A DNA stretch of 64,000 bases from an uncultured Clostridium sp. (GCA_947384775.1 CANDIF010000004.1:27132-91131), one strand, 5' to 3'. Numbered from the stretch's first letter, positions 43,472 to 53,816 are shown. Notes: generated by a model from the sequence alone, not told the origin. Translations and numbers: made by a program.

Positions 43472-43581
43472 AATTGTTACCTCCTCTATTTTATTTTAGT
43501 ATTTGTAAATTTGGAAAAAATATGTATTTACATTGAGAATAGATGGGTTATATGATAAAATAATAGCATCAAGGAGCTAAT

Positions 43582-44361
43582 ATGGAAAATAATAGTGAGG
43601 AAAAATTAATTGTAGCAAAATTAAATGATAAGATAAAATTTTGTAAAACAAGAAACAAAATTGTAAATACAGAATTTTTGAATATGTATCAAGAAAATAT
43701 ATTAAGAAAAGAACTACAACGTATTAAATTTAAAAATTATATTTTTACAGGTGGATATGAAGAGGCAGAAAGTAAATTACTTATAATATATCCAGATAAA
43801 TTAACAGAAGAAGTAGTTACAAAAAATGTTCAGAATATAATAAAAGCTATAAGAGTGATTCTCCCAAATGAGCAAATAGGAAAATATCAGCATAAAGATT
43901 ATTTAGGAACAATAATGCAATTTGGATTAGTAAGAGAACGAATAGGAGATATTCTAGTTTATGAAAATTGTGCATATATAATAGCTCTGCAGGAGAATGT
44001 TCAATATATAAAAGATTCTTTAATAGAGACAAAGAAATTCAAAAAAGCAAAAATAGAAATAATAGACACTAAGGAAATAGAAGTAAGAACACCAGAGTTT
44101 GAAACATTTAAGATAACAGTAAATTCATTAAGACTAGACAATTTTGTTTCAGAGATAGGAAAACTTTCAAGGAATGAAACATCAAAATTAATTGAAAGTG
44201 AGCAGGTTTCTGTAAATTGCAAAGTGGAAACAAGACAATCAAAAATAGTAGAAGAAAAAGATGTTTTAATAATACGTAGAAAAGGAAAATTTATTATAGA
44301 GGAATTTGGAAATGTAAATAAAAAGGGCAAACAGGTTGTGATGATAAAAAAATATAAGTGA
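43582..44361 (+). CDS. ylmH: YlmH/Sll1252 S4-domain RNA-binding protein
   Basis: TEFL, GGYEEAE, HKDYLG, RE.IGDI, SLRLD, IRRKGK. Confidence 0.88.
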   Translation: MENNSEEKLIVAKLNDKIKFCKTRNKIVNTEFLNMYQENILRKELQRIKFKNYIFTGGYEEAESKLLIIYPDKLTEEVVTKNVQNIIKAIRVILPNEQIGKYQHKDYLGTIMQFGLVRERIGDILVYENCAYIIALQENVQYIKDSLIETKKFKKAKIEIIDTKEIEVRTPEFETFKITVNSLRLDNFVSEIGKLSRNETSKLIESEQVSVNCKVETRQSKIVEEKDVLIIRRKGKFIIEEFGNVNKKGKQVVMIKKYK

Positions 44362-44415
44362 TTAATACGAAAGTCACCGCTGGTATACCGGCGGTGACTC
44401 TGCTGATAGCGACAC

Positions 44416-44805
44416 TCAAATGACGATCACGAATACCATGATTGCAGCTAACCCTGAGAGGATGAAACTTACAATCTTGTTAGCTCCCGCATCGATAAGC
44501 GCCTTGTGAGTCCAGTTGTACACTCGGGGCAGAAGCCTGAAAGTGCGTGTAACAATCCAGCCAACTGCATGGAATAGCTGAACTGCCACGAAGCCCACGG
44601 CGTGGAAGATTCCTCCAACGATGGTGGAACCGAGGTTCTGGGAAACTCGAAATCCAACCGCCCCAAAGATGATGACAAGCCCAGCCAAGGTGATGACAAT
44701 CAGCATAGTGGGCTGCACCAGACTGTTGAAGTAGGCGATGCCGGTAGGGATGAGATGGTTCGTGATGAGAAAGTACAGTGCGATCAACATAGGTTTTTCC
44801 TCCAA
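44416..44805 (-). CDS. GC-rich orphan membrane protein
   Basis: Hydrophobic 129-aa ORF; promoter TTGCCA-17-TATAAT (44905-44877); terminator GTCACCGC/GCGGTGAC (44373-44398); exact start uncertain. Confidence 0.6.
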   Translation of the reverse strand: MEEKPMLIALYFLITNHLIPTGIAYFNSLVQPTMLIVITLAGLVIIFGAVGFRVSQNLGSTIVGGIFHAVGFVAVQLFHAVGWIVTRTFRLLPRVYNWTHKALIDAGANKIVSFILSGLAAIMVFVIVI

Positions 44806-44920
44806 GTCATGATGAAATGTATTTATGTCAGCGCCAATTGGCGTTAAACGGAAGTTATGAAGAGCCTTATATATTAATTATATAATAATTAACATAAAAT
44901 GGCAAATATTAGAAGAAGGA

Positions 44921-45655
44921 ATGAAAATGGAAATAAAAGAACAAAAAGATTTTGTAGAAATAAATGGCGAAAAGTTATACTTTTATATACAAAGAAAAAA
45001 AGTAAAGAACATAAATTTAAAAGTCCACAAAGATAAAAAAATTACGGTATCAATACCAATGAGGTTATCAATAGAAAAGGCAAAAGGTTTCGTAAAAAGT
45101 AAAGCAAGTTGGATAAAAAAACAACAGAAATTTTATGATACACATATAGAACAAAAGGAAAATGAGAAGATAGAAAATAGAGGAAAGGTATATTTACTAG
45201 GAGAACAATATGAGGTAAAAATATTTACAAGTAAAAGAAATAGTATAGAAATAATAGATAAGTTTGTGGAAATTTATATAAAAGAAAAATATATAGATAA
45301 AAAGAAATACATAAGCAAAACTTATAATATATGGCTTAAGCAATATGCGACGGAAATATTAACAGCAGAGGTTTCAAAATATCAACAACAAATGAAATTA
45401 TATGGAATACCAATGCCAGAAATAGAAATAAAACAAATGAAATCAACATGGGGGCTATGTATGCCAAAAAGAAATAAGGTAAAGTTTAACTTAAATCTAA
45501 TAAAAACACCAATACCTTGTATAGAATATGTTGTAGTACACGAACTATCACATTTTAAACACCCAAATCATAGTAAGAATTTCTACAACTTCGTTTCAAT
45601 CTTTATGCCAGATTGGAAAGATAGGAGGAAAAGATTGGGTGGGGAAATATACTAG
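44921..45655 (+). CDS. YgjP/DUF45 (M48/SprT-like) zinc metalloprotein
   Basis: MKSTWG.C, IEYVVVHELSH..HPNHS..FY..V...MPDWK. Confidence 0.88.
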   Translation: MKMEIKEQKDFVEINGEKLYFYIQRKKVKNINLKVHKDKKITVSIPMRLSIEKAKGFVKSKASWIKKQQKFYDTHIEQKENEKIENRGKVYLLGEQYEVKIFTSKRNSIEIIDKFVEIYIKEKYIDKKKYISKTYNIWLKQYATEILTAEVSKYQQQMKLYGIPMPEIEIKQMKSTWGLCMPKRNKVKFNLNLIKTPIPCIEYVVVHELSHFKHPNHSKNFYNFVSIFMPDWKDRRKRLGGEIY

Positions 45656-45708
45656 GTTATGTAGAAAATATTATTAAATGAAATTAAGGAATAAAAATAG
45701 GAGTAATA

Positions 45709-48412
45709 ATGGATAAACAAAAGTATTTAGTAATAATAAAAGGTGAAGATAGAACAGAAGATGTATTAAAATATCAATCAGATAAAAATTACATACATGT
45801 AAGATATAGAAATGCAGATAAAGTATATACATATGTCAGAGGAAATTTTGAATTTTATAAGAATCCAATTGAAATTGATATGGAACAAAATAAAATTATT
45901 TTAGAACAGGAATATTTATACAATGTAACCAAAGTATTAAAATTTCATAATTACTATAAAATCTTTTTTAAGGATGAATCAACGATTATAGCTTTTGAAT
46001 GGAATGTAAAGTTAGTATCAAAAAAAGATAATAATGAAATATCTAACAACAAATTTGAATATTTTAAAGAGATATCACAAATAACAAGCATAAAAACAGA
46101 GGAAGGAATGGCTTTACTTACAAAAGAATATGAAAAAATCAATTTTGTTGAAAAAGATACTGCCTTGTATAAATTTTTAAATAAAGATAAAAATTTATAC
46201 AGTGATATAGTAGATAATAATATTATTATATTTCCATTCGGAGTAAATAAGTCACAATTTCAAGCAGTAAAAAATGCGATAAGAAATCAGATTAGTATAA
46301 TTGAGGGACCTCCACGGAACAGGTAAAACACAAACTATATTAAATATCATATCAAATATTATTATAAAAGGAAAGAGTGTAGCTGTAGTATCAAATAATA
46401 ATGCAGCTACAGATAATGTATATGAAAAGTTAGAGAAATATGGTTTGAGCTATTTATGTGCACGATTAGGAAAAAAAGATAATAAAGATGAATTTATAAA
46501 TAATCAAACAGGAAAATATCCTCAATTTGAAATTGTAACAGGAGATACACAAAATATTGAAAAAGAAATAATGTTATTAAATCAGAATGTTAATAGAATA
46601 TTTAAAATACAAAATAAGATGGCTAAAATGAAACAAGAATTAAGTGAAATTAGATTAGAGCATGAGTATTTTAATAAATATGAAGGTAAAAAAATAGATG
46701 ATAGGATAAAAATTAGAAATATAAAAAAATTAAAGTCAAAGACTATAATGAGATTAAAAGTTGAATGTGAAGAATTAAAAAGCATAAATTATATATTTAA
46801 AATAAAATCTAATTTTATATATGGAATAGGAAATAAAAATTTATATAAGAAAAATAAAGCTGAGATTTTAACATATTATAATAAATTATTTTTTCTAGTA
46901 AGGGAAATGGAATTAGATAACAATATAAAAAGTAGTCAAAAAGAATTAAATGAATTAGGGACAGATAAGCTAGAAAGATTAATAGATAAATCTATGCAAC
47001 TATTGAATGAAATATTAAGAGAAAAATATAAGGACAAAGAAGAAAGAGAGATTTTCACAGTAGCAGATTTGAGACATAGACCGGAAAGATTTGTTAAAGA
47101 ATATCCTATTGTTTTTAGTACAACTCATGCAATAAAAAGTTCTTTAAATGAAAATTACAAGTACGATTATATAATTATGGACGAATCCTCACAAGTAGAT
47201 TTAATTACAGGGATTTTAGCTTTATCAGTTGCTAAAAATGCTGTGATAGTAGGAGATTTGAAACAATTACCGAATGTAGTATCAAATGTTGACCAAAATG
47301 CCATAAGAAAGATTTCAAATAAATATAAAATTGAGAAGAATTATGATTATCTGGAACATAGTTTCTTATCATCAGTGAATGATACATTAAAGAATGCACC
47401 AAAAGTATTGTTAAAAGAACATTATAGATGTCATCCTAAAATCATACAATTCTGTAACAAAAAATTTTATAATGATGAATTAATAATAATGACAGAAGAT
47501 AAAGGAGAAATAGATATATTAAAGGTATATGTTACAAATTCTGGAAATCATGCAAGAGAACATATAAACCAAAGACAGATAGATGTAATAGAAAAAGAAG
47601 TAATTCCTGAACTTTCAAATAAAATTAATAAAGACGACATGGGAATAATTTCTCCGTATAGGAGTCAAAAAAATAAAATGCAGAATACTTTTGAAAAAAA
47701 CATAAAAATTGATACAGTACATAAATTTCAAGGACGAGAACAAGATGCAATTATAATAACAACAGTAGATAATGAAATAGGAGAATTTGTAGATAATCCT
47801 AAAATGTTGAATGTTGCTGTTACACGTGCTAAGAAGTATTTAAGATTGGTTGTGTCAAACAATGAAAATAATAAAAATACAAATATAGGCGATTTAGTGA
47901 GATATATACAATATAATAATTTTGAGATTATAAAAAGTAAAGTAAAATCAATATATGATTTATTATATAAAGAAAATAGAAAAGAACGTATGAGATATTT
48001 AAAAAGTAAGAAAAAAATTTCAGAATACGATTCAGAAAATATTACATATGCATTAATAGAAGAAATATTAGAAAAAAACAATTATAGTAATTTAGGAGTC
48101 AATGTACATATTCCATTAATGGATATAATAAATGATATAGAATTACTTGATGAAAATGAACTACAATATGTAAATAATGATTGGACTCACATAGATTTTG
48201 CAATATTTAATAAGATGGATAAAAGATTAGTTATGGCAATAGAAGTAGATGGATACTACTATCATAAAGAGGGAACAGTACAACAAGAAAGAGACAAGGT
48301 AAAAGACAGGATATTAGAAAAATATAATATTCCACTAATAAGACTAAGTACGGTGGGAAGCGGTGAGAAAGAAAGATTAGAAAAGATGATTAAAGATGTG
48401 TTTGGGGAGTAA
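45709..48412 (+). CDS. Superfamily 1 (Upf1/DNA2-like) helicase with C-terminal DUF2726-type nuclease domain, joined by a +1 shift at CGGA 46315-46318
   Basis: Walker A IEGPP-(C)GGA-TGKT, IMDESSQ, VGDLKQL, EHYRC, TVHKFQGRE, NVAVTRA, HIDF...AIEVDG. Confidence 0.88.
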
Positions 48413-48414
48413 AT

Positions 48415-48431
48415 GGCTCATAACCCGAAGG
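48415..48431 (+). other. 17-bp fragment of the initiator tRNA-Met anticodon arm (possible att core or scar)
   Basis: GGCTCATAACCCGAAGG matches the conserved tRNA-fMet anticodon stem-loop; no flanking tRNA sequence. Confidence 0.55.
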
Positions 48432-48689
48432 AACTCGTCGCAAACGAAATATCGCTTGCGACATTTTTTCAAAATGCGCTATGCGATAATCGTTGCTCCT
48501 CGTTATTTCGCAAAAAGTCACGCTCTGCTCGGCTAATCCCTTGTAAACGCGGGATTTTACGCCTCACTATCGCTACCAACTTTTTGCGATTAAAGAGCAA
48601 TTTTAGTCATAAATCTCATTAAAATTATTACATTTTTTACCAATTAAGCAGTTTACAATAATGCTATTTTAAAGCACTATTATGTAGAA

Positions 48690-48710
48690 TTGGGTAAAAG
48701 TTGGGTAAAA
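48690..48710 (+). repeat. Tandem direct repeat, probable integrase arm-type binding sites
   Basis: TTGGGTAAAA-G-TTGGGTAAAA downstream of the integrase. Confidence 0.55.
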
Positions 48711-48885
48711 TAAGTACCTCAAACTACTTAAATTCTAACAAAAAATCATTAAAATTTTATACTTTTTTTATAAAATAAAAAGCAATGGGAAAGCTAAATT
48801 TTCATATTTAGTTGCCTTTTATTTTTATATCGTGAAAATTGTAACGGCTTTATTTCCGTTTGTGAAAATTAGAAAAAAGCTAAAA

Positions 48886-50079
48886 TTAAGACCTTGTTGG
48901 TAATAACAAGTTTTCTAGTGCATATCCAGCTTTTCTATTATGAGAAAGTAGTGGATGCACATAAAAATCTAATGTTGTGCTTATTTGTGCATGACCAAGT
49001 CTTGCAGAAACAACAGCTATATCAACATTTTGTGCTACTAGTAAACTTGCATTTGTATGTCTTAATCCGTGAAAATTAATTACAGGTAATCCAATCGTAC
49101 TTACATATCTAACAAACCATTTGCTAATTGAAGAAGGATGCATAGGTTTGCCATCAGCTTGTACAAATAATCTATCAGAATTAGTCCATAATTCGCCGTA
49201 AATCGATTTTTGATCTTCATACCATAACTTATATTCTTCAAGTAAAGAAATGATAAATTCGGGTATTGCAATTTCTCTAATGGAACTTTCTGTTTTAGGT
49301 GTTTTTGTAAAAACTCCCATATCAGATAGATATTGACTAGAACGATTAATACTAATAATTCCATTTTTGAAATCAACATCTTGCCATTCTAGTCCCATTA
49401 ACTCACCTAAACGAACACCAGTAAAAACAGTAAGAATAATAGCAACCTTATATTTAGTTTCTTCTATAGAAAGTCGTTCTAAATTTTCAAGAAGTATTTT
49501 AGTTTGCTCGTCATCATAAGATCTTCTTTTAGGTTTTCTAGCTTTAGGTGCTTGAACACGTTCTGCAGGATTCGCTACTATCAATTGCCAATAAACTGCT
49601 TTATGAAGCATTGCTCTTAATAATCTGTGATGTTCTAAAATTGTTTTACCAGATAAGGGCTTTTTAGTTTTTGCACCATTGTTACCACTTTTTCTAACTA
49701 ACTGAGTATCTTTTTCAAGTAAGTCATAAAACTTCATAATATCAGTTGGCCTAATTTTATTAATGTAAAAATGTCCGAAGTATGGTAAAAGTCTTGTTTC
49801 TAACATTCTACAGTAACGCTTGTATGTAGTAGGAGCAAGTTCTTTTGAACCATAATCTATTTTCCATATCTCTGTAAATTCAGAAAATCTAAGAGATTTA
49901 CCATCAACAACTAAACCATTTTGTACTTCAGTAACAAATTTTGCTAGTTCAACTTCTGCATCTTTTTTAGTTCCATGGACTGTCTTTCTGTGTATCATAG
50001 GTTTTCCGTTTAAGTCAAATCCTTCAGCTACTGTTAGCCTGTAACTATTTTTTCCTCTTTTTTCTATACTCCCAGCCAT
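48886..50079 (-). CDS. Tyrosine recombinase/integrase
   Basis: MAGSIEKRGK, TGVRLGE..GL.W.D, KT, FHGLRHT, RLGHA...TTLDFYVH. Confidence 0.95.
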   Translation of the reverse strand: MAGSIEKRGKNSYRLTVAEGFDLNGKPMIHRKTVHGTKKDAEVELAKFVTEVQNGLVVDGKSLRFSEFTEIWKIDYGSKELAPTTYKRYCRMLETRLLPYFGHFYINKIRPTDIMKFYDLLEKDTQLVRKSGNNGAKTKKPLSGKTILEHHRLLRAMLHKAVYWQLIVANPAERVQAPKARKPKRRSYDDEQTKILLENLERLSIEETKYKVAIILTVFTGVRLGELMGLEWQDVDFKNGIISINRSSQYLSDMGVFTKTPKTESSIREIAIPEFIISLLEEYKLWYEDQKSIYGELWTNSDRLFVQADGKPMHPSSISKWFVRYVSTIGLPVINFHGLRHTNASLLVAQNVDIAVVSARLGHAQISTTLDFYVHPLLSHNRKAGYALENLLLPTRS

Positions 50080-50225
50080 TACCTTTTTCACCTCCTTTCA
50101 AGTATGCCTATGGGTGGGAGGAGTCTCTATATAATTGTTAACAAATATATTATACGATAATAGTTAACAAAATGCAATAGATTTCAAAAAGAAAATTAAA
50201 AAATTTATTTAATTATACACAAATA

Positions 50226-50254
50226 TTGAAGAAAATGAAATTTTATTGTATAAT
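50226..50254 (+). promoter_or_regulatory. Promoter of the DRT2 ncRNA-RT transcript
   Basis: TTGAAG-17-TATAAT. Confidence 0.7.
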
Positions 50255-50260
50255 ATGTTT

Positions 50261-50600
50261 GCTATAGTAAAATATAGTAACCTTATAAGACATATGTTAT
50301 AAGGGGGCGATTTCGTAAAGTCAAGCATTGTGATAAACTTTGTTTGCACTTGTCAGTTATGATTAAGTATATCTTGTATGAGACCGATAAAGATATAAAT
50401 ATTAATCTTAATAATATTAATATTTCTATATTTATCTCGTGCATTGTAGAATTGACCATTTCAGACACCTCCAATTTAGTTATATTTATTATAACATAAG
50501 CAATTCGGAGGAAATTTGCAGTTGCCTTTATAAAAGGTAAGTTATTTAGTGTACTCATTCCCGAACAGACACTGCACTGCTAGGAATGAGTATCGCTTTT
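50261..50600 (+). ncRNA. DRT2-associated ncRNA (template 50305-50496 plus 3' scaffold)
   Basis: Hairpin CCTTATAA-GACATATG-TTATAAGG with ACA in the loop; second ACA at 50494-50496; 3' stems TACTCATTCC/GGAATGAGTA and TTGCCTTT/AAAGGTAA; possible TGCAGT/ACTGCA pseudoknot; lies directly upstream of the RT. Confidence 0.85.
50305..50496 (-). other. neo: Cryptic Neo-type repeat unit (192 nt, 64 codons), predicted to be expressed only from concatemeric cDNA
   Basis: Head-to-tail joining gives TTGACT-17-TATAAT, GGAGGT SD, ATG (50459) and an in-frame, stop-free repeat. Confidence 0.8.
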
Positions 50601-50612
50601 TTAGGAGAAATA

Positions 50613-52067
50613 ATGAAAAGAAGAAAGAATATCTTTAAGAATAAGATGTATGCACATTTTGATAATAGAAAATCAATAGAGAATGTAAAAGACTATGTAT
50701 ATAATACAAAAAAAGTAAAAGAACACTCTTTTCTTCCGTTTATATTAGATATTCATAAAATGGAAAAATTTAATAAGGAAAACTATTTAGAAAATTTAAA
50801 AGAGAATGTTGAGGAGAAAAAGAAAGTAACAAAAGAAAAAAAGAGAAATATAATGTTTTCATCACATCTAGATAGATATATTTACCAACTATATAATCAT
50901 AAATTGAATAATGCATATAATTACTATGCAAAACAAAATGGAATAAATAAGTGTAGTGTTGCATATCGAAATAATTTAAAAGGAAAAAATAACATAAGTT
51001 TTGCACATAATGTATTTAAATTTATACTAGACACAGAAAATAGTTATATTCTTGTGGGAGACTTTAAAGATTTTTTTGAAGGTTTAGAACACAAATACTT
51101 AAAAAGAATGATTTGTAAAGTATTAGGAAAATCAAATTTAGATGAGGACTATTATGCTGTTTTTAAGAATATTACAAAATATACTTATTTTGATTTAGGA
51201 GACATTTGTGAGATAAAAGGTATAAAACGTAAAGATGTATATAAGCATACTGAAAATATAGATTCTGAAACAGGGGAAAAGGAGTATGTCTTTGAATTAG
51301 AAAGAATAATGACAATAGAAGAAATAAATAGATATAAAGCAAAATATTTGCACTATAATAATAAATGTGGAATCCCACAGGGGTCTGCAATAAGTTCTGT
51401 TTTAGCTAATATATACATGATAGATGTAGATAAAAAGATAAATGACTTAGTTACTTCAAAGAATGGATTATATAGGAGATATAGTGATGACTTTATTGTA
51501 ATAATTCCTAATATATCAAAAGAAGAATTTGAAAAAATATTTAATAATATAAAGGAAATTCTTAACCAAAATGGAAATCCTGTATTAAAAGATGAGAAAA
51601 CAAGAGTATACTATTATGAGGAAGAAAAGTTAAAAAATATAAATAAGGATTTTTTAACTAGTATGCCGAATACAAAGAATGAACTAGAATATTTAGGATT
51701 TTGTTTTACAGGGGATAAAATAAAAATACGAGATAAAACAATGTCAAAGTTTTATTATAGAATGTATAAAAAAATTAAAACAATAGCTATAACACACGGA
51801 AAAACAAAGAATGGGAAAAATATATCAGGTAAGAAATTATATGAATTATATTCTGAATATGGAAAAGATGATAAAAAAGGCAATTTTATAACATATAATG
51901 AGCATTGTGAAAAAGAATTTGAAGATTTAGATAAATATTTTGTATCTTATAAGAGCAGATTTATAATGAAACTAAAAAACAGATATAATAAACAAATGCA
52001 GAAGTATAAAGATACTGACACAAAAAAGTATTATGGTATATTAAAAAACAAAAAGAACAGCAAATAA
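50613..52067 (+). CDS. drt2: Defence-associated reverse transcriptase, DRT2 (UG2) type
   Basis: YAHFD, HSFLPFI, RNIMFSSHLD.YIY, VAYR..NI.FA, DFK.FF..L.H, GIPQGSAIS..LANIYM, YRRYSDD, LEYLGF; AGGAG SD. Confidence 0.9.
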   Translation: MKRRKNIFKNKMYAHFDNRKSIENVKDYVYNTKKVKEHSFLPFILDIHKMEKFNKENYLENLKENVEEKKKVTKEKKRNIMFSSHLDRYIYQLYNHKLNNAYNYYAKQNGINKCSVAYRNNLKGKNNISFAHNVFKFILDTENSYILVGDFKDFFEGLEHKYLKRMICKVLGKSNLDEDYYAVFKNITKYTYFDLGDICEIKGIKRKDVYKHTENIDSETGEKEYVFELERIMTIEEINRYKAKYLHYNNKCGIPQGSAISSVLANIYMIDVDKKINDLVTSKNGLYRRYSDDFIVIIPNISKEEFEKIFNNIKEILNQNGNPVLKDEKTRVYYYEEEKLKNINKDFLTSMPNTKNELEYLGFCFTGDKIKIRDKTMSKFYYRMYKKIKTIAITHGKTKNGKNISGKKLYELYSEYGKDDKKGNFITYNEHCEKEFEDLDKYFVSYKSRFIMKLKNRYNKQMQKYKDTDTKKYYGILKNKKNSK

Positions 52068-52085
52068 CTTGTTGCTCTTTTTATT

Positions 52086-52619
52086 TTAATCATTCCATTC
52101 AAATTTACTATCATACACTACTATTTTACCATCATTTAACAATTCATTTAAATATTCTAAAGCCCAAGGTTGTAAGTAATAATCAAATTTTGTAAAACCA
52201 ACAGAAATACTAGAGCCCACATTGATTATACATTTACTTTGTAATAAATTTACTATTGCATCGCTTATATCAAAAGTTGTAGAGGTATCAAAAGATTTTG
52301 ATTGTCTGTTATAAAATTTCATTAAATATTGTTTTTCATTTGAACTTATTTTTTTCATCATTTTTCTGAGTTTTTTATTTAATTTTTTATTTTTAATTTT
52401 GTTACTTATATATTGAACTAATATAGTTACATAATAGCAACTCAATACTATAAAGATTAGAGAAATAACAAATTGATAATTCATTTTAAAAGTTAGTAAG
52501 CCAAAATAATTTATAATATTATCTGGAAATAATGAAAATATAAGCGAGGCTAAGTATATAGTCCCTATGATTATTTTTAAATCTATTTTATTAAATATGT
52601 TTTTTATTATTTCTTTCAT
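52086..52619 (-). CDS. Superinfection exclusion B (SieB)-like membrane protein
   Basis: Two N-terminal TMs around FP...FGL..F, then ISSNEK..L..FY. Confidence 0.6.
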   Translation of the reverse strand: MKEIIKNIFNKIDLKIIIGTIYLASLIFSLFPDNIINYFGLLTFKMNYQFVISLIFIVLSCYYVTILVQYISNKIKNKKLNKKLRKMMKKISSNEKQYLMKFYNRQSKSFDTSTTFDISDAIVNLLQSKCIINVGSSISVGFTKFDYYLQPWALEYLNELLNDGKIVVYDSKFEWND

Positions 52620-52629
52620 AGTAAATCTC

Positions 52630-53667
52630 CTAACTATTTTTATCTAACCACTTATTAAATTCATCATAAGTTTTCTTCTCATTTCTAATATTATCCATAA
52701 ATTTTCTAGCTTCTTTTTTCCAGTTTTCATAATCCTTTTTATAAACATCTATGTCTGGATTACGTTTAACTAGCATAGCTTTTTTAGAATACATCTTACG
52801 ATATTTGCCATAAACTTTATCATTTTCTTGTTTTATTCTTTGGGCAATTTGATTGCCAATATCCTTACAAGTCTGAGTTCCTTTAAATAAATTATCACAA
52901 TAATTAACTCTTGGATTATCTGTTATAAAGTATTTACCACAATTCTTACATTTTTTGATTATAAAATTGTTTTCTTCCACAAATTGAAATAGTGTAATAT
53001 ATAGTATGGTATAAATACTAGAGCTAGTTGCACCAATATCAGAATATACATCAGCAAAATGTTGACCTGTTGCAAAAAACTCTAATAATTTATCTTCACT
53101 GGTTTCAAGATATTCAGGAACAATCTTATAATTGAAAGCATTATCTATTTGAAAATCAGTAATATATGGTTTTAATACTTTAAAATGTGATGTGTAATAA
53201 ATATAGAATCTCATCTGGTTAGTCATTTTTCTTGAATTTTCCATACTATGCTTATTGAAAATATAATCAACAAACTCAGAATAGATTGCTTGAACCTTTT
53301 CAGCATCTTTTTTTATTACTTTAAAATATTTTTTTGCTAATGTTTCTATTTCATTGTAACTATATGATTTATCAAGTTTTAATGTTCTAATATCAGATTC
53401 TTCAAAGTATTTAATATAAGATGTAAAAAACTTAGAAAACCAAACAAAATACTCATCGAAATTAGAAAAATCTGTATTTAAAAAGTCAATTAGATTTGTT
53501 CCAGTACGATAAAAAGATAAGTGATCTTTAATAAAAAAATGACAATTAGAATGTTCACCTAAAGTATAGTAATGTAATTTTTTTTGGTCTCCATATAATA
53601 AAGTTATATGATTAAGATTTTCTCTAGTATTAATAGAAATATGTATTTTACTATTAATTTTATCCAT
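52630..53667 (-). CDS. DUF6076-like protein with C-terminal Cys4 motif (putative regulator)
   Basis: KKCKNCGKYFI...YCD...TCK.IG, Y.KYRK.Y; divergent from the excisionase. Confidence 0.7.
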   Translation of the reverse strand: MDKINSKIHISINTRENLNHITLLYGDQKKLHYYTLGEHSNCHFFIKDHLSFYRTGTNLIDFLNTDFSNFDEYFVWFSKFFTSYIKYFEESDIRTLKLDKSYSYNEIETLAKKYFKVIKKDAEKVQAIYSEFVDYIFNKHSMENSRKMTNQMRFYIYYTSHFKVLKPYITDFQIDNAFNYKIVPEYLETSEDKLLEFFATGQHFADVYSDIGATSSSIYTILYITLFQFVEENNFIIKKCKNCGKYFITDNPRVNYCDNLFKGTQTCKDIGNQIAQRIKQENDKVYGKYRKMYSKKAMLVKRNPDIDVYKKDYENWKKEARKFMDNIRNEKKTYDEFNKWLDKNS

Positions 53668-53734
53668 AAATCCTCCGTTAACAGCATATAAAATTATCAA
53701 AAGTTAACTTGCTATCAAAATAAACAATAAAGTA

Positions 53735-53775
53735 TTTACAAAGTTAACTATACACAATATAATACAAATGTTAAC
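53735..53775 (+). promoter_or_regulatory. Excisionase promoter with GTTAAC operators
   Basis: TTTACA-aaGTTAACtatacacaa-TATAAT-acaaat-GTTAAC; same layout as the integrase promoter. Confidence 0.65.
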
Positions 53776-53816
53776 AAAAGTCAATGCAAATTTGCTAAAA
53801 ATCTGGAGGTGATACA

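Noticed and set aside
48413-48622. 69-aa ORF after the helicase
   Set aside because: It runs across the tRNA fragment and the structured GC-rich tract, has atypical composition, and is probably not coding.
50283-50558. 91-aa minus-strand ORF as an ordinary chromosomal gene
   Set aside because: It is antisense to the structured DRT2 ncRNA. Its open frame is explained by the Neo repeat, whose -35 and -10 elements are in the wrong order until concatemerised.
50613-52067. RT as a group II intron, retron or DGR enzyme
   Set aside because: No intron domain V/VI or maturase region, no retron VTG motif and no TR/VR pair seen; the N-terminal motifs match DRT2.
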